Virus record (IMG/VR): IMGVR_UViG_3300025821_000011 | Length of the DNA: 64,000 nucleotides | Source: an uncultured virus (IMG/VR IMGVR_UViG_3300025821_000011) | Lineage: Duplodnaviria > Heunggongvirae > Uroviricota > Caudoviricetes > Crassvirales | Direction: 5' to 3' (one strand) | Notes under the pieces: model-generated | Databases searched by the model: none | The model's input: the letters and a program-made list of their open reading frames with translations, nothing else | Told to the model about the DNA's origin: nothing | Shown here: piece after piece, positions 54,062-63,814 of the stretch | Layout of the letters: each line of letters begins with the position of its first letter | Numbering within the stretch: position 1 is the first letter of the stretch | Translations under genes and position numbers: made by a program

Positions 54062-54427
54062 TTATTCTTCAACAGGAGGAACTGGAGGCGTTGGATTTTG
54101 CCACGTAAAATATAAATCTTCATTTACTGGTGTAATTTGAGATTGTATATTTGCAGCTATGCTAGCTTGCATTGATGTTACGTCTAAAGATCCTTCAAGC
54201 CACCCAATAACTATAGCTTCAAAAGCTTCAGTGTTTTCATAAGGTGTAAAAGGTTCACCTGCTACATATGTATAACCCTGTGTTCCAATGTTAGTTGATG
54301 AATAAGTAACTCCTCCAGATTCTTCAGAACCTGTGTATCTGTAGTGTACTGTGTAAATTACGTTGTCTTGTCCATCCGCTTGAATGTGAGCATTCATTGT
54401 TGGGATATCCCATTTGTAAGTAATCAT
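54062..54427 (-). CDS. tail-fibre-associated hypothetical protein
   Basis: NVIYTVHYRY..FTPYE..VIGWL; follows the fibre genes. Confidence 0.7.
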   Translation of the reverse strand: MITYKWDIPTMNAHIQADGQDNVIYTVHYRYTGSEESGGVTYSSTNIGTQGYTYVAGEPFTPYENTEAFEAIVIGWLEGSLDVTSMQASIAANIQSQITPVNEDLYFTWQNPTPPVPPVEE

Positions 54428-54454
54428 ATTTATTTATTTATTTATTTATTTATA

Positions 54455-55195
54455 TTATGGGCTATCACAACCAATTTCTTTAATAACTCCTGACACTCCA
54501 GAAATTGACATAAAAGCAACAAAAGATGTAGTACAGTGAGTTGTTGTAGCTGAACTCCCGTTTTGAAGATAGTAAAGTGACGTATAATTTAGAGGAGTTG
54601 TTAATGCAGCATCTGTATAAATAATATCTCCAACCGATAAATTACTTGCATTTCCAATAGTACTACTATAATAATAATCAACAGGGGTAGACGTTCCGCC
54701 ACTTACACTGTAATAAACATCAGATAATACTAATGAAGGTAAACTACAAAACGTTACGTTTGAAGCAATACCTAAACTAGATAATTTAAAACTTGCAGAG
54801 TTTAGCCCTGTAAAAGCACCAAAAAACTGAAATTCTCCACCTCCTGGGTAGGGATCACCTGGTGACCCATTATCATCTTCCCAAAATTTATCTCCATTCT
54901 GAACTGAATTTGGATTATTGTTTTTCCAAGCAAGTACAGTTCTACTGGTCGAGCAGGCCCCTGTAGGATTAAATTCATCAGGTGTAATATACACTTGATT
55001 TTGAGCAGCTGTGTCATTACCGTAATCTCTAAAATTTAAAAGGTTGGTGTTTTGATTACCACCTGGATTGTAAGTATAATTAAAAGCTCCTTGAATCGCA
55101 TCTGTAAAACATTCATCTAAATCATTAGATGAAGGTAGCACCGCTGCTATAACATCTGCTAGCGTAAAATCTGTTGTATTTGGTACACCTGGCAT
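54455..55195 (-). CDS. putative tail tip/fibre-associated protein
   Basis: LLNFRDY, VGDIIYTD motifs. Confidence 0.6.
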   Translation of the reverse strand: MPGVPNTTDFTLADVIAAVLPSSNDLDECFTDAIQGAFNYTYNPGGNQNTNLLNFRDYGNDTAAQNQVYITPDEFNPTGACSTSRTVLAWKNNNPNSVQNGDKFWEDDNGSPGDPYPGGGEFQFFGAFTGLNSASFKLSSLGIASNVTFCSLPSLVLSDVYYSVSGGTSTPVDYYYSSTIGNASNLSVGDIIYTDAALTTPLNYTSLYYLQNGSSATTTHCTTSFVAFMSISGVSGVIKEIGCDSP

Positions 55196-58101
55196 TATAT
55201 TCCTGCTTTTTCTAATCTTGCTTCTAACTCAGCAATTTTAGCGATTAGTAAATCTATATAAGCAACTGACTTAAACCCTTGTGTGTCTTCTCTTACAAAC
55301 TCTGGGTTAGTCTTTTCTAACTCTTGAGCTATAACTCCGTATCTCTTTTGTCCTTTTTCAGTTTTTAATTCAAAAGTTTTCCAATCTGCTTTAATTCTAT
55401 TATCACAGGCTTTTTCAATATTTTCTTTTAGCTTTTCATCAGAAGATAGTATAAAGTTGGTTCCTGTAACTGTTCCTGAAAACACTGTGTTGTTATTGGC
55501 TCTATTCATAACCATTACAGCAGCTCCAGCAGCACTGTTGTTATGTCTAAGTATTCCAAATTGGTTTGCAGATAAGCCCCCATATTGAGCACCTTGTCCA
55601 TCATAAGCTACTGAAAATCCATAGTCTTTTGAATTGGTAACCCCTCCCTCTCCTTCATTTAAAAACACTCTTGCTGATTTGTCATTACCAGTTCCTTCAG
55701 CGCCAACTATTAAAGTTGTTTCAATAGAAGAACCTCCTGATACGTGAAGTTTAGCTTGAGGACTAGTCGTACCAATACCGACGTTGCCAGTGCCCTTAAC
55801 AATCATTCTGGTATTCAATGAACTGTATGCAGAGCCTCCTGTTTTAAATTTTAAATCACCAAAATAAGGTGAATTTTCTGTAGTAGAAGAAATAGCTGCT
55901 CTTATACTTGTACTACCACCATCTCCAAACATTAATGCAGTCTCATTTCCTACTGTGGTTCCATCGTTATTAATAACAATGTATCCACCTAACCCACCAC
56001 TATTTGATCTGTAAACTTCTAAAGGACCAAGTGGACTAGTCGTCCCGATCCCGACGTTGCCAGATCCAGATCCATAGTAAAGATCTTGACCGTTTCTAGC
56101 CCAATTGTTTACTTGACAATTAGAAATAGTACTTGCGACAACCCCTGGATTTGTTACGCTTATATCCATACTCCAACCACTATCCCATTTGTAGGCCTGG
56201 TAGTTTGAATGTCCTGGTTCATAGTTAATTACACTAAACTTACAGTAGGTCCACGTAGAACTTCCTTCTCCTATTGTAATATAGGGTCTAGTGCCGGCTC
56301 CAGCAGCCCCAGTCATTGCTCCAAAACGAACGGTAAAATTTCTATCATCATAAGATGAACTGCCTATCCAAGCAGTACAATTAGTCCAATTGTAACCCGA
56401 GTACCAGTATCCTGCAAAATGTATATCAAATGATTCGTGAAATGTATAATCAAAAACTCGTATTACTCCAGTCATCATATTATTTACTCCACTTGCTCCA
56501 TTATCTGGAAGTTTTGCTATTAAATAACCTGTTTGAGTTCCATTCCCGTTGTATGTTGCCCCTGCTGGTGCAAATATTCTTGATGATGCTCCATCTACAG
56601 AGAAAGCAGACCCTTCAACTGTACCATCAACTTCAAGTTTGTAGTTTGTTGGACTATCCGTTCCGATACCGACGTTGCCACTCGAGTCTATGCGCATTCG
56701 TTCGGATTCAGAACCTGCCGTACTAAATACTATCCCATCATATCCGTGCAGTTTAGCGTTTCCATTAACACCTAAATCCTCATTTTTAGTTAAATAAACA
56801 ATATTAGGAGAATTGTCACTTGCTCTCTCCCATCCAAGTTTTGTTCCTGTTCCTTTTATCCCGACGTTGCCGTTTCTATTAACAGTTACAGCAGTATTAA
56901 ATACGTTAACATCATTTCTTGTTGATAATTTAAACCCACCTCCATAAGTTCCTCCGTCAGCATAACCTTCAATAAAAAATCTTTCATTGTTTCCATTACC
57001 ACCTGTAGAAACCATATAAAGTTTAGCATCTGTTGTACTACCTATTTGTACATTTCCATCTACCTCTAATTTCTCACTAGGACCAGTAGTTCCAATACCT
57101 ACGTTACCGTTTACAAATAAAGTATTAGCCCCTCCTCCTAGTAATGTTAATTGTTGAGTGGAATATGGTCTAACTATGTTAGTAAATGTTGTTTGTCTTA
57201 AATAAACATCCCCTACTACATCTAACTTAACACCAGGACTATTAGTTCCTATACCTACGTTGCCTCCGTATAATTGAAGAGCTAAGTCTTCATTGTTACT
57301 TGTTCCACCAACGTTTTGAGCTTGAATATATGAGTGAGTATTTCCTGAACCGGAAGTTTCAAGAAGTAGCCTAGAACCTGTTGATCCCTGTACATAATCA
57401 GATGTAGTTGTTGAAATAGTTCCGTCTACTTCTAAAGCTGTATTAGGACTAGTCGTTCCGATCCCGACTCTATTATTTGGCTCATCTACATAAACTGTAT
57501 CAGACACTATAGTATTTCCATCACCTACCCATATTCTACCCTCAGGCAGGTTGGGTACATCGTTTGTACGCATAATAGAGGATACTGTAATAGACCCAGC
57601 GTTTCCACCAGATACTTTACCAACTAAACCTACGTTTTGTATAAAATTAACACCAGTTGGTTTTGTAAGAGTTAAGCCTCCACCGGGTTTTACATATATT
57701 GTATCTCCAACAGTAGGAGTCGATCCGTCTATAGGTGATGTGGTGATGTTTAAAAGCTCTCCTGTTACAACTACATATCCAAAAGCATTATTTACAAGGT
57801 CAGACTGTAAAAGTCCAATAGCAGCCATCTTATCTTCATCAGAAGCATCAGCTACCGCTATCTCTATAACAGCCGTAGCACCAACATTACCTGTTTGGTA
57901 AACTGGTGTGCCTTTTGATATAGTAACGCCTGAAGTGTTTTTACACTCTATAACCACGTCTGTTGCCGACGTGACTATGCTAGCTGGATCTATCCAATCA
58001 ACTTGACTACCAGTTGAAGCTAGTATTTGACCGCTGCTTCCTACCTGACCGTCTTTGTCTTCTAGGCCAGCTTGTATTTCTATATTACTTTTAAATTTCA
58101 T
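55195..58101 (-). CDS. tail fibre with GNVGIGT repeats and C-terminal intramolecular chaperone (peptidase S74)
   Basis: About 7 GNVGIGTxSP-like repeats; SSDEKLKENI, GVIAQEL, SVAY. Confidence 0.85.
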   Translation of the reverse strand: MKFKSNIEIQAGLEDKDGQVGSSGQILASTGSQVDWIDPASIVTSATDVVIECKNTSGVTISKGTPVYQTGNVGATAVIEIAVADASDEDKMAAIGLLQSDLVNNAFGYVVVTGELLNITTSPIDGSTPTVGDTIYVKPGGGLTLTKPTGVNFIQNVGLVGKVSGGNAGSITVSSIMRTNDVPNLPEGRIWVGDGNTIVSDTVYVDEPNNRVGIGTTSPNTALEVDGTISTTTSDYVQGSTGSRLLLETSGSGNTHSYIQAQNVGGTSNNEDLALQLYGGNVGIGTNSPGVKLDVVGDVYLRQTTFTNIVRPYSTQQLTLLGGGANTLFVNGNVGIGTTGPSEKLEVDGNVQIGSTTDAKLYMVSTGGNGNNERFFIEGYADGGTYGGGFKLSTRNDVNVFNTAVTVNRNGNVGIKGTGTKLGWERASDNSPNIVYLTKNEDLGVNGNAKLHGYDGIVFSTAGSESERMRIDSSGNVGIGTDSPTNYKLEVDGTVEGSAFSVDGASSRIFAPAGATYNGNGTQTGYLIAKLPDNGASGVNNMMTGVIRVFDYTFHESFDIHFAGYWYSGYNWTNCTAWIGSSSYDDRNFTVRFGAMTGAAGAGTRPYITIGEGSSTWTYCKFSVINYEPGHSNYQAYKWDSGWSMDISVTNPGVVASTISNCQVNNWARNGQDLYYGSGSGNVGIGTTSPLGPLEVYRSNSGGLGGYIVINNDGTTVGNETALMFGDGGSTSIRAAISSTTENSPYFGDLKFKTGGSAYSSLNTRMIVKGTGNVGIGTTSPQAKLHVSGGSSIETTLIVGAEGTGNDKSARVFLNEGEGGVTNSKDYGFSVAYDGQGAQYGGLSANQFGILRHNNSAAGAAVMVMNRANNNTVFSGTVTGTNFILSSDEKLKENIEKACDNRIKADWKTFELKTEKGQKRYGVIAQELEKTNPEFVREDTQGFKSVAYIDLLIAKIAELEARLEKAGI

Positions 58102-58117
58102 GTGTTAATTTTTATTA

Positions 58118-59365
58118 TTAACCTATCTTTTGTACCAAAACTCTAACACTATTAGTTGGTGTTGCAGCAAATGTAATCGTTGCTTCAGAGGTAGAACCTC
58201 TTTCAACATCTGCATAAACAGTTTCATTAGTTGTTACATCGTAAAGCTGTATAATAACATCTTTACTCCCTAAACTATGTGTTATAGTCGCCGTGTCCGT
58301 TATTGTTACAGCATATGTGTTTGAAGAATTTGTATCTGTATTTGTTACAGTTGCTGTACCTGATACATAGGCAACGCTTATGCCAGTACCGGCGTTTACA
58401 TTACCAATACCTACTGTTGTCAACGTAGCAAGATCCGTGTCTGATTGCACTACTATAAAATCTGCTTCCGTAGAAGCGCCGGCTACTGCGGCTGTTTGAA
58501 CTATAACTGAATCACCTGGAGTTAATGGTGTTGCTGCGTTTCCAAAGAAATCACCTGCAACGGTCACAACATAGTAATCACCAACTTCAACTGCAACCCT
58601 AGCTGCACCACTTGTTAGATTACCACCACCAACAATTGCGCCGGTGCTAGCATTGAAACCACCTTTGAATTCTAATAAACCTGTTACAGCTTCTTGCACG
58701 TAAGCGGTTGTTGCTATTTTAGTTGAACTATCACCGGATGCCGGTGTTACCACATAACCATAACCGCTAGAGTCTCTAGCTACTAACTTACTTACAGTAG
58801 CAGCTTCAGTTCCTTCGACGTTTACTATTGGAACAGCAGGAGTTGTATTGTCTATAGTTATATAAGTACCCGCTCCAATACCTGTTAATGTACCTACAAA
58901 TTGATCTGCTGAAGATATTGTTATATCCTTACCTGATCTAGTTATTGTTGTAGTACCTCCTTGTATGAAATCAACCGTTTCGTTATCTTCTACTGATTCA
59001 GCTGTTCCACCGTTAGCAGATAGATTCCAGCTATATATATCAGCTAAAGCAGCCCATGTGTTGTCTCCTCTTAAATATGTTGTTGCATCTTTAGTCCCAG
59101 TGGCAGATAAATCTACAGTGTAAACTCTTTTTATCGATGTTCCACTATTTGTTAGACTTACATAAGTACCATTTGCAAAATCAGTTTGAACTAAGCTAAC
59201 CCAAGTATCTGTTGCATTTGAATAATACTTAGCTATCGTATCTCCGGTGTTAAAATATATTTGACCCGAACCGGAATTTAGCGGCGGGTTGCTTCCATTT
59301 TGAAGTCTTACGTTTTGTATCTCATTGTTATTGAGATCAATGTTATTTAAAAAAGGTATCGCCAT
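58118..59365 (-). CDS. tail/structural protein
   Basis: TTYLRGDNTW, KIATTAYV, THSLGSKDV. Confidence 0.7.
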   Translation of the reverse strand: MAIPFLNNIDLNNNEIQNVRLQNGSNPPLNSGSGQIYFNTGDTIAKYYSNATDTWVSLVQTDFANGTYVSLTNSGTSIKRVYTVDLSATGTKDATTYLRGDNTWAALADIYSWNLSANGGTAESVEDNETVDFIQGGTTTITRSGKDITISSADQFVGTLTGIGAGTYITIDNTTPAVPIVNVEGTEAATVSKLVARDSSGYGYVVTPASGDSSTKIATTAYVQEAVTGLLEFKGGFNASTGAIVGGGNLTSGAARVAVEVGDYYVVTVAGDFFGNAATPLTPGDSVIVQTAAVAGASTEADFIVVQSDTDLATLTTVGIGNVNAGTGISVAYVSGTATVTNTDTNSSNTYAVTITDTATITHSLGSKDVIIQLYDVTTNETVYADVERGSTSEATITFAATPTNSVRVLVQKIG

Positions 59366-59367
59366 AA

Positions 59368-60225
59368 TTAATTCATATAAGCCTTACCAGATTCGGCAGA
59401 GGCAAAAGTTATTGTTAAGTTGTTTTCATCTATATATACTACATCCCCATAACCTTTTTGCCCGGTGGACAAAGCCATAGTTACAGAAGGAAACTTATCT
59501 AGGTTGTGCTGAACTGTCCACGTTGCACTAGCTCCTGCTTGTACAAATGTGTATGTTTCGTTTGCTCTAGCCCAAACATTATCTCCTCTTAGGAATTTAG
59601 TATTATCAGGCGTACCAGTAGCTGACAATGATGCTGTAATTTCTACGTTACCCGTTTGAGGTGTTGTAGGTGTCATATCTATAAACGTAGTATCAAGACT
59701 TCTAACGCTGTCAACACCTGTTGCACCGAGTTCTAGATAGAAGTTTACAAGAGTGTAATAGTTGTCCATTGCTATGGAACCATTTCCACCTAAGTATTCT
59801 AATGTTAATGTGTAAAAGTTAGTTGTACCTATCTGCGTGTACCCTCTCATTATATAATGCCCAAATGAACCTTTACCGGCTACATCTTGAAACATTACTT
59901 GTTCATCTACAAGATATTCTAAGAAAGGTGAAACAATCTGACCTGATAGATCCATGTTCGATATTACTATAGAAGTAATACTAGACCAAGGAGTGCCACC
60001 ACCGCTTCCGGCTGCAAAAGCAAAAGTACCTCCTTTAAAAGAAGGGTCTTGAACAAACTGATAATTCATTTGTCCTGCAATTGCTACCTTACCGTTTATA
60101 TTCAAGTAATCCGCTACCGCCTTTGCTGTATATTGCTTTGTCTGTCTATTGACGGAATCAGTACCTACCCATGCGTCTGTATCAGTTATAATCTGATCAT
60201 ATGGGTATGAATATATTATTGCCAT
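59368..60225 (-). CDS. tail/structural protein
   Basis: KFLRGDNVW, WTVQHNLDKFPSV. Confidence 0.7.
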   Translation of the reverse strand: MAIIYSYPYDQIITDTDAWVGTDSVNRQTKQYTAKAVADYLNINGKVAIAGQMNYQFVQDPSFKGGTFAFAAGSGGGTPWSSITSIVISNMDLSGQIVSPFLEYLVDEQVMFQDVAGKGSFGHYIMRGYTQIGTTNFYTLTLEYLGGNGSIAMDNYYTLVNFYLELGATGVDSVRSLDTTFIDMTPTTPQTGNVEITASLSATGTPDNTKFLRGDNVWARANETYTFVQAGASATWTVQHNLDKFPSVTMALSTGQKGYGDVVYIDENNLTITFASAESGKAYMN

Positions 60226-60228
60226 GTT

Positions 60229-61764
60229 TTAGTTGTATATTTTTATTTCAAAAGAAGCGTTTTCTAATTCATTATCATAAGTTAATAAATCAATAGTATT
60301 TGTATTGACATATTCCCAGTAAATAGGTAAAAAAGTGTTTTCGCTTTTCCCTGCATTAACAAACACAACAGTTTTATCAAAAGTAAATGGAGTATTAGTT
60401 GCTGTTATTCTAAAGGTTCCAGCGCCTGTTCTTGTCCATGTGTAAGTTTGTCCTGTGTTGTTGTAAACTTCTGTGGCTACAGGAGCATTAGTACTTGTTT
60501 GAGTTAATAGTTGAACCAAAGAAGTGTAAGGTAGACCTCCTATTAGATTTCCTGCAACCGTTACATCACCTTTTAAGTAGGTGTTTGTAATATTATCATT
60601 ACCTAGTGTAACCGTATTACTCCCTGCTCCGATAGCATCAGTCCCTATTACGATTTGATTTGTTTGTCCGTCTGCGTTTGCTCTTGTGCTTTTTCCTATG
60701 AAAATAGAGTTCCCACCTGTTTCATTTTCAGTTGCTCCGTCTGCAATAAATCTACCTGAAGAATTTCCTATTGCTATATTACTAGCTCCTGTTGTATTTC
60801 CAAACAGTGAAAAATAACCTAAACCTACATTTAATCCTCCTGTTGTATTTGAAAAACCTGAACTTAATCCAATAAAACTATTATTTAAAGTATCACCTAA
60901 AACTAGTTTTCCAGTTAATGTTAAAGTTCCTGTAAAAGTATCTGTCGTGTTTAGTAAATAACTTGTAAGATCAACTCCAGATACTGCGTTATCTACATAG
61001 TTTTTAGTAGCTGCGTCTTGAGCCGCACTTGGATCTGTTAACTGTTGAATAGTTCCAGTTACAGCTATTCCGTTTGTTTTTGTGTATAATTTTTGCCCTC
61101 CAACGTGATAAAGTGACACACCTCCTGCTGAATTAGCAGCAATCATATTTGTTAATCCGTCAGTCCCTTTAATTTTAAAGGAGTCAACACCTATCTGCAA
61201 AGGATTGTTAGGAGAGTCAATATAACTTGTAACTCCATCGTTATAAATTCGGACTCTGTCTGTTAATGATACAGGATCATAAATATTAAGAGTTCCGTAC
61301 GCATCAACTCCTGAGGTTGTTGTTTCTAATTTGAGATTACCGTAGTGATTTAATGACACAGATCCATTAGAACCATCACAAACAATATAGTTAGTAATAG
61401 ATCCAGCTCCATTGTCAGATCTAAGTATTATATCTTTATCATCAACAAGATTATCTATGAATAAATCTCCAACTGCTCCGCTTATGTTTTGTATATAGCT
61501 ATTATTTCCGCTGTTATATATTTGTAAATCATTTCCTGTACCATAAACAGACTTTACATTATCATTGTGGATAGTATTGCCAGTCATCGTACCGCCTGCA
61601 AGTGGTAAATATGAACCACCTCCTCCGCCTCCTGGAACTAAATCTACAATACTCTGTACTGTGAAGTTTTTTGTGCTTGGTATACCTGCCACATCTATCT
61701 GTGAGCCCAGTATTAGATCATCGCCATCTGGAATAGCCGTAGGGAAACTTGATATATTTGACAT
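60229..61764 (-). CDS. tail fibre-like protein
   Basis: YLPLAGGTMTG, DAATKNYVD, NTTGxxNxAIG repeats. Confidence 0.75.
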   Translation of the reverse strand: MSNISSFPTAIPDGDDLILGSQIDVAGIPSTKNFTVQSIVDLVPGGGGGGSYLPLAGGTMTGNTIHNDNVKSVYGTGNDLQIYNSGNNSYIQNISGAVGDLFIDNLVDDKDIILRSDNGAGSITNYIVCDGSNGSVSLNHYGNLKLETTTSGVDAYGTLNIYDPVSLTDRVRIYNDGVTSYIDSPNNPLQIGVDSFKIKGTDGLTNMIAANSAGGVSLYHVGGQKLYTKTNGIAVTGTIQQLTDPSAAQDAATKNYVDNAVSGVDLTSYLLNTTDTFTGTLTLTGKLVLGDTLNNSFIGLSSGFSNTTGGLNVGLGYFSLFGNTTGASNIAIGNSSGRFIADGATENETGGNSIFIGKSTRANADGQTNQIVIGTDAIGAGSNTVTLGNDNITNTYLKGDVTVAGNLIGGLPYTSLVQLLTQTSTNAPVATEVYNNTGQTYTWTRTGAGTFRITATNTPFTFDKTVVFVNAGKSENTFLPIYWEYVNTNTIDLLTYDNELENASFEIKIYN

Positions 61765-61767
61765 GTT

Positions 61768-62031
61768 CTATCTATTTTGTTTACGTTCGGCTTTAGTACC
61801 GTCTTTTTTACTTCTACTCTGCGTTCCACCCCTGTTATGAGACGATGTAACACATCTTTTGGTATTATGGTCATAATCATGGCCTTTAGAACAATTTTTC
61901 CTTTGACTCTCTGCCTTCATCTTCCTTCTTCTGTCCGTCATGGCATACTTCTTGTCTCTAATTGCCTTTGCTGCCGCTGCTACTGGACTTAATTTTTGTT
62001 TCGGTCCGCCTTTCCTTTTTGGTTTTGCCAT
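61768..62031 (-). CDS. small basic protein
   Basis: Lys/Arg-rich; HDYDH...SHNRG. Confidence 0.7.
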   Translation of the reverse strand: MAKPKRKGGPKQKLSPVAAAAKAIRDKKYAMTDRRRKMKAESQRKNCSKGHDYDHNTKRCVTSSHNRGGTQSRSKKDGTKAERKQNR

Positions 62032-62050
62032 AATGTGGTTTCTATATACC

Positions 62051-62082
62051 TTATATACTTACACAAAAGCCTCAATACTTAC
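62051..62082 (-). promoter_or_regulatory. putative late promoter at the head of the late operon
   Basis: Minus strand gtaa-N16-gtaagtatataa. Confidence 0.55.
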
Positions 62083-62094
62083 AATACTCAATAA

Positions 62095-62140
62095 TGCGAC
62101 GATAGCCTACTACTATTATATATAACTACCTATTGTCACA
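62095..62140. promoter_or_regulatory. spaced palindrome, copy 2 of 3
   Basis: tgcgacgatagc-N22-cctattgtcaca. Confidence 0.55.
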
Positions 62141-62199
62141 CTATTTTTTAAAAAAAAATATTATATATAGAGAGCATGGGGGTTACACCTTACCTTAAT

Positions 62200-62415
62200 G
62201 CCCTTAATCCTGTGGGAAAACGCGTTTCATTTTACCGGGCCCCCTGCCTTTTTTTGGGTTTTGCCGTACGGTTTCGGCTTTTGCGTGTGATTTCGTGCCT
62301 GGTTCTGGCTTTTTCTGTCCGGGCCCGAGCTATTGCGCTGGTGCTGGTTGTTTCGTTGCCGTGCGTTTTTGTTCCCGTGCCTGGTCCTGGCCTTGGCCTG
62401 TGGTCTGGTTCGCGA
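62200..62415. other. GC-rich, A-depleted non-coding tract between divergent early and late units
   Basis: Plus strand almost lacks A over 62235-62412, unlike the rest of the genome. Confidence 0.6.
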
Positions 62416-62425
62416 AGCATACGTT

Positions 62426-62459
62426 TACAGAGAGAATACGATACGATACCGATAATATA
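62426..62459 (+). promoter_or_regulatory. putative early phage promoter (divergent copy)
   Basis: tacagagagaatacga-N9-gataatata. Confidence 0.6.
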
Positions 62460-62786
62460 TATGAATCTAAAATGATATACAATATGACTACCGAAGACAA
62501 TTACAACGCCCCAAACAGAACAATCGCGGACTGGATCGCAGAAGGATATACAAAACCGTACGCAACCGCATTGTACAATCTTAACAACAGAACACAATGT
62601 ACAGATCAGAAATAGTAACCAGACCAGATGGAACCAGCTACGTGCAATGTATCAGGATCAATGGCCTGAGCCAGGATCTTACGCCTGAGCAGCAACAGAT
62701 AGCAGACCAGCTCAAAGCATGGGACACTACGGAGTAGCCCTATCGGGAGACCTCATCATGGACGGCTGTTAGCCATCTTAAAAATT

Positions 62787-62820
62787 TACAGTCTAAATAC
62801 GGTCTTATACCGATAATATA
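62787..62820 (+). promoter_or_regulatory. putative early phage promoter
   Basis: tacagtctaaatacgg-N9-gataatata. Confidence 0.65.
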
Positions 62821-62844
62821 ACTGAATCTAAAATAAATATACAA

Positions 62845-63018
62845 ATGACAATCTCAAATTCAATTTTTCAAAACAAAACTTACTTTCAAATTTACTATTG
62901 CTCAAAAAATAAAATGTATGATTTTACAATCTTCAACTCTAATACAAAAGAAGTTGTTTATCATTACCACTTTTCAAATCTAAATGAAATTAACAAATTG
63001 ATCCAAATATATAAATAA
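62845..63018 (+). CDS. small early protein, 57 aa, not in ORF track
   Basis: MTISNSIFQNKTYFQIYYC..., between two promoter copies. Confidence 0.55.
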   Translation: MTISNSIFQNKTYFQIYYCSKNKMYDFTIFNSNTKEVVYHYHFSNLNEINKLIQIYK

Positions 63019-63052
63019 TACAAACTAAATACGATCAACAATCGATAATATA
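63019..63052 (+). promoter_or_regulatory. putative early phage promoter
   Basis: tacaaactaaatacga-N9-gataatata. Confidence 0.7.
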
Positions 63053-63095
63053 AGTGAATAACAAATCAAATAATAATAACTAAATAAATTAAATT

Positions 63096-63434
63096 ATGTC
63101 AAATCAAGAATTAATTACAACTGCAATCGCAAAAATGTCAACTGAAGAAAAAGCTCTAATCTTCCCACCGATCACTCGAGCAAACTTTGTAGTCAGAAAA
63201 TCATGGCTAGGTAGAAATCAAATCATAACTTTCAACTCGAAAGCTACTAAAACAAAACCAAGTATCAAAGTAACCTACAATCATGATGACGTCTTACAAG
63301 CGATGTTACCTAAACTAAATATCATGCCATGTTGGATCAAACGCGGATACTGGTCACAGTCAACTGATATGCCAGCAAATGTTAGACATCTGTCAGAACG
63401 TGAAACAATTGAAACTGAGGCTACTGAAAAGTAG
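63096..63434 (+). CDS. hypothetical early protein
   Basis: 112 aa following a promoter copy. Confidence 0.8.
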   Translation: MSNQELITTAIAKMSTEEKALIFPPITRANFVVRKSWLGRNQIITFNSKATKTKPSIKVTYNHDDVLQAMLPKLNIMPCWIKRGYWSQSTDMPANVRHLSERETIETEATEK

Positions 63435-63456
63435 TCTTAGGATCAACCCCTAAAAA

Positions 63457-63503
63457 CGTGACAATAGCCTGCTATTATATTAATATAACAAGCTAACGTC
63501 ACA
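63457..63503. promoter_or_regulatory. spaced palindrome, copy 3 of 3
   Basis: cgtgacaatagc-N23-gctaacgtcaca. Confidence 0.55.
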
Positions 63504-63780
63504 CTTTTTATTCCGCTTCGAGTTTCCGTTGCGAGATCTTGGCCTGGGTATAAATGCTATACACCGGAAGAGTAGACTCCGCCCTACGTAACGTTCAAAT
63601 GCTATACACTTCACCTGTAACGATCAGTCGATCAAGTCTTTTTCACTACAAAACCTCCATTTCATAGGTAAAACAACTAAAATAACTACTATTTGTAGGT
63701 AAATATACTACTTTTACTTACATTTAGAGGTAGTATAACACTTTCACTACTATTTGTACCTATAAATAATTTTACACCTT

Positions 63781-63814
63781 TACAAACTAAATACGAAACT
63801 AATTCGATAATATA
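63781..63814 (+). promoter_or_regulatory. putative early phage promoter
   Basis: tacaaactaaatacga-N9-gataatata. Confidence 0.7.

Noticed and set aside
54428..54453. (TTTA)n microsatellite
   Set aside because: It is the A-rich translation leader of the 54427 gene on the minus strand; no evidence of phase variation.
22521..62125. Plus-strand ORFs inside the late region
   Set aside because: They are antisense shadows of long minus-strand genes, with mostly non-ATG starts and no leaders.
62176..62615. ORFs 62176..62475, 62232..62597 and the 5' part of 62295..62615
   Set aside because: They arise from the GC-rich low-complexity tract and have implausible composition; only the short ORF from MTTEDN onward is plausible.
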